This document shows positions 9,403 to 17,456 of a stretch of DNA of 64,000 nt, piece after piece. Below the pieces are notes generated by a model. The model saw nothing but the letters and a program-made list of their open reading frames with translations. It was not told the DNA's origin and made no database searches. How positions within the stretch are numbered: position 1 is the first letter of the stretch; each line of letters begins with the position of its first letter. Source of the DNA: Tepidisphaera sp. (GTDB taxonomy: Bacteria; Planctomycetota; Phycisphaerae; Phycisphaerales; UBA1924); NCBI GenBank assembly GCA_050916045.1, contig CP051526.1:2272001-2336000 (forward strand). Reading direction: 5' to 3'. A program made the position numbers and the translations under genes.

Positions 9403-9966
9403 ATGATGCAGTCATTGACAGGTCGGAAGGTGGCGGTGCTTGCGACGGACGGGGTGGAGCAGGTCGAGTTGACCTCGCCGGTGCAGGCTTTGAGGGAAGC
9501 CGGGGCGGAGGTTGCGATCGTGAGCTTGTTTGCTGGGGAGATTCAGGGATTCAACCATCACGAGAAGGCGGATCGGTTCATCGTCGATCTCGTGGTGTCC
9601 CAAGCTTCAGCGTCGATCTTCGACGCTCTTCTCATTCCCGGGGGCGTCGCCAATCCCGACGCTCTCCGCGCCGATCCTGACGCGGTGAACTTTGTCCGGC
9701 AGTTCTTCGAGCAGCACAAACCGGTCGCGGCGATCTGCCACGGTCCGTGGGTGCTGGCGGAGGCGGGCGTCCTCAAGGGGCGTCGCGTGACGTCGTTCCC
9801 GTCGATCAAGACTGACCTGATCAACGCGGGCGCGATCTGGAGCGATGAGGAGTGCGTGGTGGATCAGGGCCTGGTGACGAGCCGGAGCCCCAAGGACCTG
9901 GAGGCTTTCAACGCGAAGCTCATCGAAGAGATCGCGGAGGGAGTGCATCAGGGACAGCATGCGTGA
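9403..9966 (+). CDS. pfpI: PfpI/DJ-1 family type 1 glutamine amidotransferase-like protein
   Basis: VAVLATDGVEQVEL, IPGGVANPD, AAICHGPW and VTSRSPKDL motifs; AAGGAG RBS. Confidence 0.93.
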   Translation: MMQSLTGRKVAVLATDGVEQVELTSPVQALREAGAEVAIVSLFAGEIQGFNHHEKADRFIVDLVVSQASASIFDALLIPGGVANPDALRADPDAVNFVRQFFEQHKPVAAICHGPWVLAEAGVLKGRRVTSFPSIKTDLINAGAIWSDEECVVDQGLVTSRSPKDLEAFNAKLIEEIAEGVHQGQHA

Positions 9967-10098
9967 ACCTCGGTTCGCGCCGGCAGGATCCCACGATTGA
10001 CAACACGAGATTGAGACCAGGGGTCCGAGATGTGAAATCTCGGCCCCGGTTTCATTTTTGCGATGAAGGAGCGGGGCCTTGGGGACGATGGAGGCTTG

Positions 10099-10302
10099 AT
10101 GTCCCCCACTTCCATCGCAGGGTCCGCGTCGGTGTCGTCCGAGGTCTCGATGGCGGTCGCTCGCAAGTCGCTTGATGCGCAGAAGGAGCAGGGCGCGGCG
10201 ATGGTGGCGCTGCTTGATTCGGCGGGCCGGATCGCGGCGGCGAACGCGGAGGTTGCGAGGGGCGGATCGAGCGCTGTGGGGAAAGTTGATCGATACGGAT
10301 GA
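10099..10302 (+). CDS. YjfB-like putative motility protein
   Basis: VSMAVARKSLDAQKEQGAAMVALL...GKVDRYG pattern; GGAGG RBS. Confidence 0.7.
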   Translation: MSPTSIAGSASVSSEVSMAVARKSLDAQKEQGAAMVALLDSAGRIAAANAEVARGGSSAVGKVDRYG

Positions 10303-10454
10303 GATCGGCCGTGCGGGTGGGTCGGGGTGACTATGATGAGGGGTCTGAAAGCCGCTCCATTCGGAGTTGGGCGGGCTCAAGGTCACCGACGCTTTTGATG
10401 GGCCCGAGTCCAAGCACCGGTATCACGTTTCGCACGGGCTTGGATCGATTCAGC

Positions 10455-10787
10455 ATGAAGATGTACGTAGGTAACTTGTCGTTCAACACTTCCGAAGGCC
10501 AGCTCCAGGCGCTCTTTGAGCCGTTTGGTGCGGTTTCTTCGGCGTCCCTTGTGATGGACCGCGAGACCGGCCGCCCCCGCGGCTTTGGTTTCGTCGAGAT
10601 GGCGAACGATGCGGAAGCGAAGGCTGCGATGGCGGCGCTTTCCGGAAAGAACGTGGATGGCCGTGACCTGACGGTCAACGAGGCCAAGCCGCGTGAAGCG
10701 GGCGGCGGCGGTGGTCGCGGCGGCTTCGGCGGCGGCGGGAGCCGTGGCGGCGGCGGTGGTGGTGGCGGCGGCCGCGGCGGCTGGTAA
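10455..10787 (+). CDS. RRM RNA-binding protein with Gly-rich tail
   Basis: RNP2 MYVGNL, RNP1 RGFGFVEM, and LTVNEAKPR. Confidence 0.95.
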   Translation: MKMYVGNLSFNTSEGQLQALFEPFGAVSSASLVMDRETGRPRGFGFVEMANDAEAKAAMAALSGKNVDGRDLTVNEAKPREAGGGGGRGGFGGGGSRGGGGGGGGGRGGW

Positions 10788-10814
10788 ACCAGTCGGACAG
10801 ATTTGATTCTTGTG

Positions 10815-10845
10815 AAAGCCCCGACTTCGGTCGGGGTTTTTCTTT
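10815..10845 (+). terminator. Rho-independent terminator
   Basis: GCCCCGAC-TTCG-GTCGGGGT followed by a T-tract. Confidence 0.85.
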
Positions 10846-10882
10846 GGGGGAGGGGGAGGGAGGGGGTGGAACTGGAAGTTGA

Positions 10883-10927
10883 AGTTTCAAATCGCAAATC
10901 TGAAATCTCAAATCTGGAATTTTAAGT
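10883..10927. repeat. Heptamer short tandem repeats
   Basis: TTTCAAA TCGCAAA TCTGAAA TCTCAAA TCTGGAA TTTTAAG. Confidence 0.75.
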
Positions 10928-11093
10928 TCCGAACGGTGGATGGCTGAGTTGCGAGGTTGAGGGGGTATCAAGCCCGGGGGACTTGCTTGGGCTTCGTCGC
11001 TTGAGGGGGCTTGCGTGGGTTGGTGGGGTTGCGGTAGAATCGCGGGATTGCACGGGCGTTGTGCACGGGCGTGGTCCCAGGGAGATTCGAGCG

Positions 11094-11573
11094 ATGTTGA
11101 GCCAACCGGAGAAGCAGCACGAGTGGCTGAAGCAGCTTGCGGGGGAGTGGACGTGCGAGGGGGAGTGCTTCATGGGGCCGGATCAGCCGCCGATGAAGAG
11201 CAAGGGGACGGAGCGGGTGGTGATGCTCGGGGATCTGTGGGTGATCCTGGAGGGGAAGGGCGAGATGCCGGACGGCGGCGCGATGGAGTCGCGGATGACG
11301 GTCGGGTATGACCCGACGAAGAAGAAGTTCGTGGGGACGTGGATCGGTTCGCCGATGGCGCACCTGTTCGTGTACGAGGGGGAGCTTGACGCGACGGGGA
11401 AGGTGCTGCCGCTCAGGACGATGGGGCCGAGCTTCATGGATCCGACGAAGCTGGTGGAGTATCACGACGTGATCGAGATCACGGGGCCGAATGAGCGGCT
11501 GCTCTGGTCGCAGACGCAGGGGCCGGACGGGAAGTGGATGCGGTTCATGACGGCGAGGTACACGCGGGTCTGA
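11094..11573 (+). CDS. DUF1579 domain protein
   Basis: PEKQHEWLKQLAGEW...VGYDPTKKKFVGTWIGS...YTRV. Confidence 0.85.
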   Translation: MLSQPEKQHEWLKQLAGEWTCEGECFMGPDQPPMKSKGTERVVMLGDLWVILEGKGEMPDGGAMESRMTVGYDPTKKKFVGTWIGSPMAHLFVYEGELDATGKVLPLRTMGPSFMDPTKLVEYHDVIEITGPNERLLWSQTQGPDGKWMRFMTARYTRV

Positions 11574-11713
11574 GTGGGGGCGGCGATCGCTTGAAGGTCG
11601 CGGATGGACGCGAAAATGCGGGCGCGGGATGACGGAAACGGGAGTTTCGGGATTCATCGATTCGGAGAGAGGGTGCTTCGGGTCGCGGAATTTCGTGGAG
11701 GGATCACGAAGCG

Positions 11714-12034
11714 ATGATGTCGAGAAACCAGGCGGTCCTGATCGGGCAGGCGATCGTCGACGCGATGGCGGGAGGGTCGGGTAGGTGGCGGGTGGTTGAG
11801 TCTTCAGTTCGAGAAGTGTCGTTCGGATGGGTGCTTTGGTACAACTCCACGGAGTATCTTGACGGTGATTTATCGAAGGGGTTGTACGGACCGGGTCCCA
11901 TGTGCTTCAACAAGGTCACGTGGGATATCAAGAACTTTGGATCCTTGACGACGCTGGAGGAAGCGATCGCGGAATGCGAGCGTTGTTGGCGCGCGAATTC
12001 CGCTGCATGGAAGGCGAACGCGAGCGGCGTATGA
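11714..12034 (+). CDS. YrhB-like (immunity protein 35-like) protein
   Basis: E.SFGWVLWYNSTEYL.GD...LYGPGP...NK.T..I..FGS pattern; more AT-rich codons. Confidence 0.65.
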   Translation: MMSRNQAVLIGQAIVDAMAGGSGRWRVVESSVREVSFGWVLWYNSTEYLDGDLSKGLYGPGPMCFNKVTWDIKNFGSLTTLEEAIAECERCWRANSAAWKANASGV

Positions 12035-12040
12035 ACGGTG

Positions 12041-12128
12041 TGACCCCTTCGGGGTCAAGCGGCGCTACGGGGGTGTCTACCCGGGGGCGGTGCCCCCGGC
12101 TACTGGCGATGACCCCTGCGGGGTCAAA
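12041..12128. repeat. REP doublet
   Basis: TGACCCCTTCGGGGTCA ... CCGGGGGCGGTGCCCCCGG ... TGACCCCTGCGGGGTCA palindromes. Confidence 0.8.
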
Positions 12129-12179
12129 GGCGTGGAGGGCTCGTGCGTGAGGGAGATTTCGCGTTGCTAGACTTCGGGA

Positions 12180-13370
12180 GTGCCGAAGTTTGAGTACATC
12201 GCGCTGGATGCGGCGGGCTCGCGGATCTCGGGCGTGTTGTCCGGGCCGTCGGAGCAGGCGGTGCTGGCGGAGCTTGACACGCGGCGGCTGACGCCGGTGA
12301 CGGTGAAGGCGCAGGCGGAGAAGCGGTCGCTGACCGGTGGAGTGAGGCCGCGTCCGCTGGGGCAGGCGTACAAGCAGCTTGCGGATCTGCTTCGGGCGGG
12401 GGTGCCGCTGATGCGCGGCCTGCGGCTGCTTGGGAATCGCAAGAGTCAGCCGCGGCTTGCGGCGGCGTTCGGCGAGCTTGCGGATCGTGTGGGGTCGGGC
12501 GAGGACCTCGCGAAGTCGATGGGCGAGCGGCCGGAGACGTTCCCGCCGGTGCACGTCGCGATGGTGCGTGCGGGGGAGCGGGGCGGGTTTCTCGGCAAGG
12601 TGCTCGAGCGGCTGGCGCAGATGGTGACCGCGCAGGCGGACCTTCGGTCGAAGGTGATGGCGAGCCTCACGTACCCGGCGGTGCTGGTGGTGCTGGGGAT
12701 CGTGATGATCACGGGCGTGTTCGCGTTCTTTGTGCCGCAGTTCCGCGAGATTCTCAAGGACAGCCGGGCGCCGCTGCCGTCGCTGACCAAGCTGCTTTTC
12801 GCGGCTTCGGACATCCTGTCGGCGTACTGGCCGGTGCTGGTGGTGCTGGCGGGGGCGGCGGCGGCCGGGGCGATCTACGCGCTGCGGAGCGCATCAGCGC
12901 AGCGGAAGCTTGACGTGATCCGGACGAAGCTGCCGGTCCTGGGGCCCTTGGCGAAGTCGCTCGCGGCGGCCCGCTTCTGCCGGATGCTGGGGACGATGAT
13001 GGAGAGCGGGGTGCCGCTTCTGGCGGGGATGCAGATCGCCAAGGAAGCCGCGGGCAACGTGCTGATGGAGGAAGCGATCACGAAAGCGGTCGAGAGCGTG
13101 CGGTCGGGCCAGCCGCTTTCGCCCCCGCTCGCCGAGAGCGGGATGTTCGATGATGATGTGATCGAGATGATCCAGGTGGCGGAATCGGCGAACAACCTGG
13201 GCGAGGTCCTGCTCACGATCGCGGACACGACCGAGGCGCGGGTGGACCGGATGATGACCTCGGCGGTGAAGCTGATCGAGCCCTTGATGCTGATCCTGCT
13301 GGCGAGCATCGTGGGGCTGATCGCGGCGGCGTTGGTCGTGCCGCTGACGCAGATGGGCAAGAGCGTCTGA
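12180..13370 (+). CDS. gspF: Type II secretion system inner-membrane protein F
   Basis: MPKFEYIALD, QLADLLRAGVPL, MVRAGERGG, SLTYPAVL and KLIEPLM: two T2SSF domains. Confidence 0.93.
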   Translation: MPKFEYIALDAAGSRISGVLSGPSEQAVLAELDTRRLTPVTVKAQAEKRSLTGGVRPRPLGQAYKQLADLLRAGVPLMRGLRLLGNRKSQPRLAAAFGELADRVGSGEDLAKSMGERPETFPPVHVAMVRAGERGGFLGKVLERLAQMVTAQADLRSKVMASLTYPAVLVVLGIVMITGVFAFFVPQFREILKDSRAPLPSLTKLLFAASDILSAYWPVLVVLAGAAAAGAIYALRSASAQRKLDVIRTKLPVLGPLAKSLAAARFCRMLGTMMESGVPLLAGMQIAKEAAGNVLMEEAITKAVESVRSGQPLSPPLAESGMFDDDVIEMIQVAESANNLGEVLLTIADTTEARVDRMMTSAVKLIEPLMLILLASIVGLIAAALVVPLTQMGKSV

Positions 13371-13404
13371 CGCACGGCCGAAGGATCCACAGGCCAGAAG
13401 CCCC

Positions 13405-13437
13405 AAAGAAGAAGGGCGCTCGTGGCGAGCGCCCTTC
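13405..13437 (-). terminator. Terminator between convergent genes
   Basis: GAAGGGCGCTCG-TGG-CGAGCGCCCTTC with an A-rich run on the left (T-tract on the minus strand). Confidence 0.7.
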
Positions 13438-13468
13438 CCGCGTGCTTTGGCTCTTGAGCCCGTTGGCC

Positions 13469-14215
13469 TTACGCCGCGAGGGAGAAGCCCGTGCTGGGTG
13501 AGGAGGCGAGCGTGAGGCCCAGGCCCACACCGCCGAAGGTGACGGCGTACGCGTCGCTCGGGATGCCGAACTTGCCGCCGCGGCGGGGCGAAACGATGTA
13601 CGTCACGCCGGTGGTGCCGCTTGGGATCGTCGCATCGGTGAAGGTGATGGTGCGGCTGCCGCCGGCTTCGCTCTGGCCGCTTCCGGCGGCGGTGCCGATC
13701 ACGGCGAAGCCGGGGTTGGGGTTGGCGACCGTCGGATTGAACCGGCGGGCGACGACGAAGCTGCCGCCGGTCGAGCTCGCGGCGTTGGTGGACTTCCAGC
13801 TCAGCGTGATCGAGCCGTCCGGGTTGAGCGCCACACCGAACCCCGTCGGCTGCCCGGGCGGGAGGCTCGAGCCCGGCACGGGCGGGATGGGCGCTGGGAT
13901 CTGCGCGAGGACGTACACGTTCGGATCGTTCTTGCTGTCGGCGTAGGCCTTGATGGTCTTGACCATCTCGCGGACCTTGTCGCTCATCGCGCCGGAGCCA
14001 TCGACGGCGTTGTAGAACGCTTCGGTCGCGGCTTTGGCGGCCTGCCGGGCGGCGAGGGCGGCGTTGTAGGCGGCGCGAGCGGCGGTGGTCTTGGTGGCCA
14101 GAAGCGTGACATCGGCGGGCAAAAGCCCGATCGCGGCCCCGGCCGAGGTCCACGGGGCGAGGTGCTGCTCGCAGAACTCGATGCGTTGAAGACGATCCGA
14201 CGGGATGACTGCCAT
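13469..14215 (-). CDS. Hypothetical protein: helical N-domain + Pro linker + FN3-like beta domain, ending in -LAA
   Basis: Ala-rich helix, PPGQPTGF, GSITLSWK, TFTDATIP, VTYIVSPRRG; no signal peptide; GAGGA/GGAG RBS. Confidence 0.8.
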   Translation of the reverse strand: MAVIPSDRLQRIEFCEQHLAPWTSAGAAIGLLPADVTLLATKTTAARAAYNAALAARQAAKAATEAFYNAVDGSGAMSDKVREMVKTIKAYADSKNDPNVYVLAQIPAPIPPVPGSSLPPGQPTGFGVALNPDGSITLSWKSTNAASSTGGSFVVARRFNPTVANPNPGFAVIGTAAGSGQSEAGGSRTITFTDATIPSGTTGVTYIVSPRRGGKFGIPSDAYAVTFGGVGLGLTLASSPSTGFSLAA

Positions 14216-14278
14216 GCTGGACTCCGTTCCTCATGAAAGGCGGCGACGCGCCGCCGTGGTGTGCGTGCCCGCAAGGCT

Positions 14279-14294
14279 CGCAAGGCCCGTGCCA
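14279..14294 (-). promoter_or_regulatory. Sigma54 (-24/-12) promoter
   Basis: Minus strand TGGCACG-GGCC-TTGC matches TGGCACG-N4-TTGC, about 65 nt upstream of ATG 14215. Confidence 0.75.
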
Positions 14295-14337
14295 TTCGGT
14301 GACACACCTTTGAGCCAGAGAGGAGGAAGGCGGGTGA

Positions 14338-14465
14338 AACACAGAGGGCACGGAGGGGCACTGAGGGAGGCAGGGGGGCAAATGGCCAAAGGGACAAATG
14401 GCCAAAGGGCCAAAGGGGGAGGGGGTGCGGGTGGGGGTGGGGGTGGGGGTGGGGGTGCGGGTGGC
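14338..14465. repeat. Mixed short tandem repeats
   Basis: CACAGAGG/CACGGAGG/CACTGAGG units, GGCCAAAG/GGACAAAT octamers, then (GGGGGT)n hexamers. Confidence 0.8.
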
Positions 14466-14530
14466 ACCGCTCTCCGGAGCGGTGCGCGGTGTCTTGCGGC
14501 AAGGGCTGCGCTTCCTGCTAATCTACGGCC

Positions 14531-16198
14531 ATGAGCAAGAAGCCGGCGCGGGAGAGCAAAGCCAAGGAGAAGAAGGAGCGGTCAACCGCGCCGAAGGGGA
14601 AGAAGGCTCCCACCGCCTCCCCCGCCCCCACAGCCCCGACCGCCCCCACCGCCCCCACCGCCTCCACCTCCGCCGGGACCACTCCCAAGGCTCCGAAGGC
14701 ACGCCCCTCTTCGCTCATCGACACCCGCGTGGTCTACTGCGGCGACAACCTTGAGCAGCTTGCCAAACTGCCCGACAGGTGCGTGGACCTTGTGTACATC
14801 GACCCGCCCTTCAACAGCAACCGGAACTACGAAGTCTTCTGGGGCGAGAGCAAGGAGAAGCGGTCGTTCGAGGACCGGCACGAGAGCACGCAGGCGTACA
14901 TCGACTACATGCGACCGCGCTGCGTGCAACTCGCCCGCGTGCTGAAGCCGACGGGCTCGTTCTATTATCACTGCGACTGGCACGCGAGCCACTACGTCAA
15001 GGTGATGCTCGACCAGATCTTCGGCGAGAACAACTTCCAGAATGAAGTTATCTGGAAGCGCACGCACGCGCATGGATCGAGCGATCGGTATGCCCCGATA
15101 CACGACAGTATCTTCTTCTACAGCGGAGGCGGAAAGTTCACTTGGACCCATCCGACCGTCGCACACAGCGGCGAGTACATCGCGAAGAAGTTCAAGACGG
15201 TTGACGAGAGCGGCAGACCGTTCCAAGCTATCACGTTAACTGGTTCGGGCATCAGGAATGGGGAGAGCGGCAAGCCGTGGCGCAACGTTGACCCAACCAT
15301 GATCGGGCGCCATTGGGGAATCCCTCGACATGTGTTGGAGCGGTACAAGCTCTCTGGTGCGACCGTTCAGGATCGGTTGGACGCATTGGACGCCGCTGGC
15401 ATGATCTATTGGCCGAAAGGCGATGGGCAGCCCCGCCTCAAGTGGTACGCGGATGAACTAGGGGGGCAGGCCCTAGGCACTGTTTGGACCGACATTCCGC
15501 CGGTCAACTCTCAGGCCGCGGAGCGACTGGGATACCCGACCCAAAAGCCGCTCGCGCTGCTCGAACGCATCATCAAGGCCAGCAGCAACCCCAACGACAT
15601 CGTGCTTGACGCCTTCTGCGGGTGCGGGACCGCGCTCGTCGCTGCGCAGAACCTCGGACGGCAGTGGATCGGGATTGACATCTCCCCCACCGCCTGCCGC
15701 GTGATGGCCAAGCGTCTCCGCGATGTGTGCAAGATGCGCGAGAGCGAGCCGGGGCACCGCGCCAAGGACCCGAACTCGTTCATCGTCCGCGACCTGCCGT
15801 GGACCGAGGCCAAGCTCCGCGCGATCCCGCCGTTTGAATTCGAGAACTGGGCCGTCATCGCGCTCGGCGGCATCCCCAACAAGGTGCAGGTCGGCGACAT
15901 GGGCATCGATGGACGCATCTTCCCCGTGGGCACCAAGCCCGCCGACGCGAACAACATGTTCGCGGGCGACTGGTTCCCGATCCAGGTCAAGCAGACCGAC
16001 AAGGTCGGCCGCCCCGACATCGACGCGTTCGAGGCCGTGATGATGCGCGAGGACCGCCAGCGCGGGTTCGTCGTCGCGTTCTCCTACTCCGCCGACGCCG
16101 TCTCCGAGTGCAACGCCTTCCACAAACGCACCGGCCGCATCATCAAGCTCCTCACCGTCGCCGAGATCCTCGAAGAGCAGCACCTCCAGAAGATGTAG
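14531..16198 (+). CDS. Beta-class N6/N4 DNA methyltransferase fused to an Mrr-like restriction endonuclease domain
   Basis: YIDPPF catalytic motif, YPTQKP, VLDAFCGCGT SAM motif; C-terminal FEFENW...DMGIDG...IQVKQ (PD-QxK). Confidence 0.9.
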   Translation: MSKKPARESKAKEKKERSTAPKGKKAPTASPAPTAPTAPTAPTASTSAGTTPKAPKARPSSLIDTRVVYCGDNLEQLAKLPDRCVDLVYIDPPFNSNRNYEVFWGESKEKRSFEDRHESTQAYIDYMRPRCVQLARVLKPTGSFYYHCDWHASHYVKVMLDQIFGENNFQNEVIWKRTHAHGSSDRYAPIHDSIFFYSGGGKFTWTHPTVAHSGEYIAKKFKTVDESGRPFQAITLTGSGIRNGESGKPWRNVDPTMIGRHWGIPRHVLERYKLSGATVQDRLDALDAAGMIYWPKGDGQPRLKWYADELGGQALGTVWTDIPPVNSQAAERLGYPTQKPLALLERIIKASSNPNDIVLDAFCGCGTALVAAQNLGRQWIGIDISPTACRVMAKRLRDVCKMRESEPGHRAKDPNSFIVRDLPWTEAKLRAIPPFEFENWAVIALGGIPNKVQVGDMGIDGRIFPVGTKPADANNMFAGDWFPIQVKQTDKVGRPDIDAFEAVMMREDRQRGFVVAFSYSADAVSECNAFHKRTGRIIKLLTVAEILEEQHLQKM

Positions 16199-16235
16199 AC
16201 GTGTGGCAGGACAGCGGGCTTCAAGGTGGGCCTCC

Positions 16236-16424
16236 GCAGGCCCAAGCACGGTCGCTGCGGGTCGAAACAAGGTCGTTGCAGGCCCAGGCGCAGCCGTTGC
16301 AGGTCGAGGAGCAGCCGTTGCAGGCCTGCGAGCGGGCGTTGCAGTTCGAGGAGCGATCGCTGCAGCCGCAGGAGCAACTCCTGCAGCTCGAAGAACAATC
16401 GCTGCTCGCGTGCGAGCGGGGGTT
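16236..16424. repeat. Degenerate 21-bp tandem array (9 units)
   Basis: Units start at 16236, 16257, 16278, 16299, 16320, 16341, 16362, 16383 and 16404; approximate consensus GCAGNNCNNNGAGCRNYCGYT. Confidence 0.85.
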
Positions 16425-16456
16425 GTTTCTCTGGTTCACACCGCCGCCCCCGCACC

Positions 16457-16519
16457 CACCCCCACTCCCCCAAGAACCACCCCCACTCCCCCAAGAACCA
16501 TCCCCCGCATCCCCGCAAC
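16457..16519. repeat. 21-bp tandem repeat
   Basis: CACCCCCACTCCCCCAAGAAC as two exact copies plus one degenerate copy. Confidence 0.8.
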
Positions 16520-16855
16520 CGCTTCCCTCTCCCCCTCCGCAAACCTCCGCACCTCTCTGTTCAGAACCTTCTTCCCCGCGGCGGACATCGCCGCCGCAGC
16601 GCTCAAGCCCCGGCCTCCCACCGTGAAGCTCGGTGTGCTCCGTGTTTCACCTCTTCCAAGCTTTGCGTTCGGGGCGGGGACGGGTGCTGGGCCTTCCTTG
16701 GGCCTGGGCGCGGGCTAGTATTCACTCACTCGCGGAGGGTTGGCGGTGGGAAGGGCTGGCTTGGGTGGGGGAAGCGGCTGCTTGAGTGGGGGAAGTCTTG
16801 GATTCCGTATGGCCTGGGTGCCCTTTGCCGGACGCCCAACGAGGAGAACGACGCG

Positions 16856-17428
16856 ATGTACACCCCCCACTCCCATCAACTGAAGGGCTCCGCCGCCCGC
16901 AGTGGCTCTTCCGCCGCTCGCAGTGGCTCTTTCGCCGCCCGCAGGGCCTTTACCATCGTCGAAGTGATGATCGTCCTCGCGATCATCCTGATTCTGGCCA
17001 CGCTGGTCGCGGTCAACCTTCGCGGCAGCAGCAAGGACGCCAAGCTCGGGGCCGCCAAGATCGGGATGCGGGCCCTTGACAAGGCGCTCGAGCGGTTCAA
17101 CGACAAGTTCGGCCGCTACCCCACCGACGAAGAGGGTCTTGCCGTCCTCTGGGATAAGAGCAAGCTTCAGGTGGAGAACGAATCCGACGCCGCCAAGTGG
17201 GAACGCCTCGTCGATCGGGCCGAGGATGCCGAGAAGGACCCCTGGGGCACCCCGTGGGGCTATCGCCAGAAGGATGAGAGCGGCGATGGGTCCGAGGACA
17301 TCTTCGACCTCTACTCGTTCGGGCCCGACCGCCAGGACGGCACCGAGGATGACATCCACAACAGGGCCAAGAGCGGCGAGAGCGGCTCGGGCACGCCCAG
17401 CGACAGCGGCTCTTCGAGCGGCGGCTGA
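16856..17428 (+). CDS. gspG: Type II secretion major pseudopilin
   Basis: RRA|FTIVEVMIVL prepilin motif, GRYPTDEEGL, KDPWGTPW, YSFGPDRQDGTEDDI; GAGGAG RBS. Confidence 0.92.
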   Translation: MYTPHSHQLKGSAARSGSSAARSGSFAARRAFTIVEVMIVLAIILILATLVAVNLRGSSKDAKLGAAKIGMRALDKALERFNDKFGRYPTDEEGLAVLWDKSKLQVENESDAAKWERLVDRAEDAEKDPWGTPWGYRQKDESGDGSEDIFDLYSFGPDRQDGTEDDIHNRAKSGESGSGTPSDSGSSSGG

Positions 17429-17456
17429 GCCGGCTCTCGAGATGGGAGCGTCTGAC

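Noticed and set aside
16236..16519. Possible CRISPR array
   Set aside because: Contiguous degenerate 21-bp units with no constant repeat/unique spacer structure, and no cas genes.
16084..16855. ORFs through the repeat region (16084-16542 minus, 16108-16626, 16203-16718, 5' part of 16226-17428)
   Set aside because: Open frames arise from the 21-bp periodicity; there is no credible start signal, and gspG starts at 16856.
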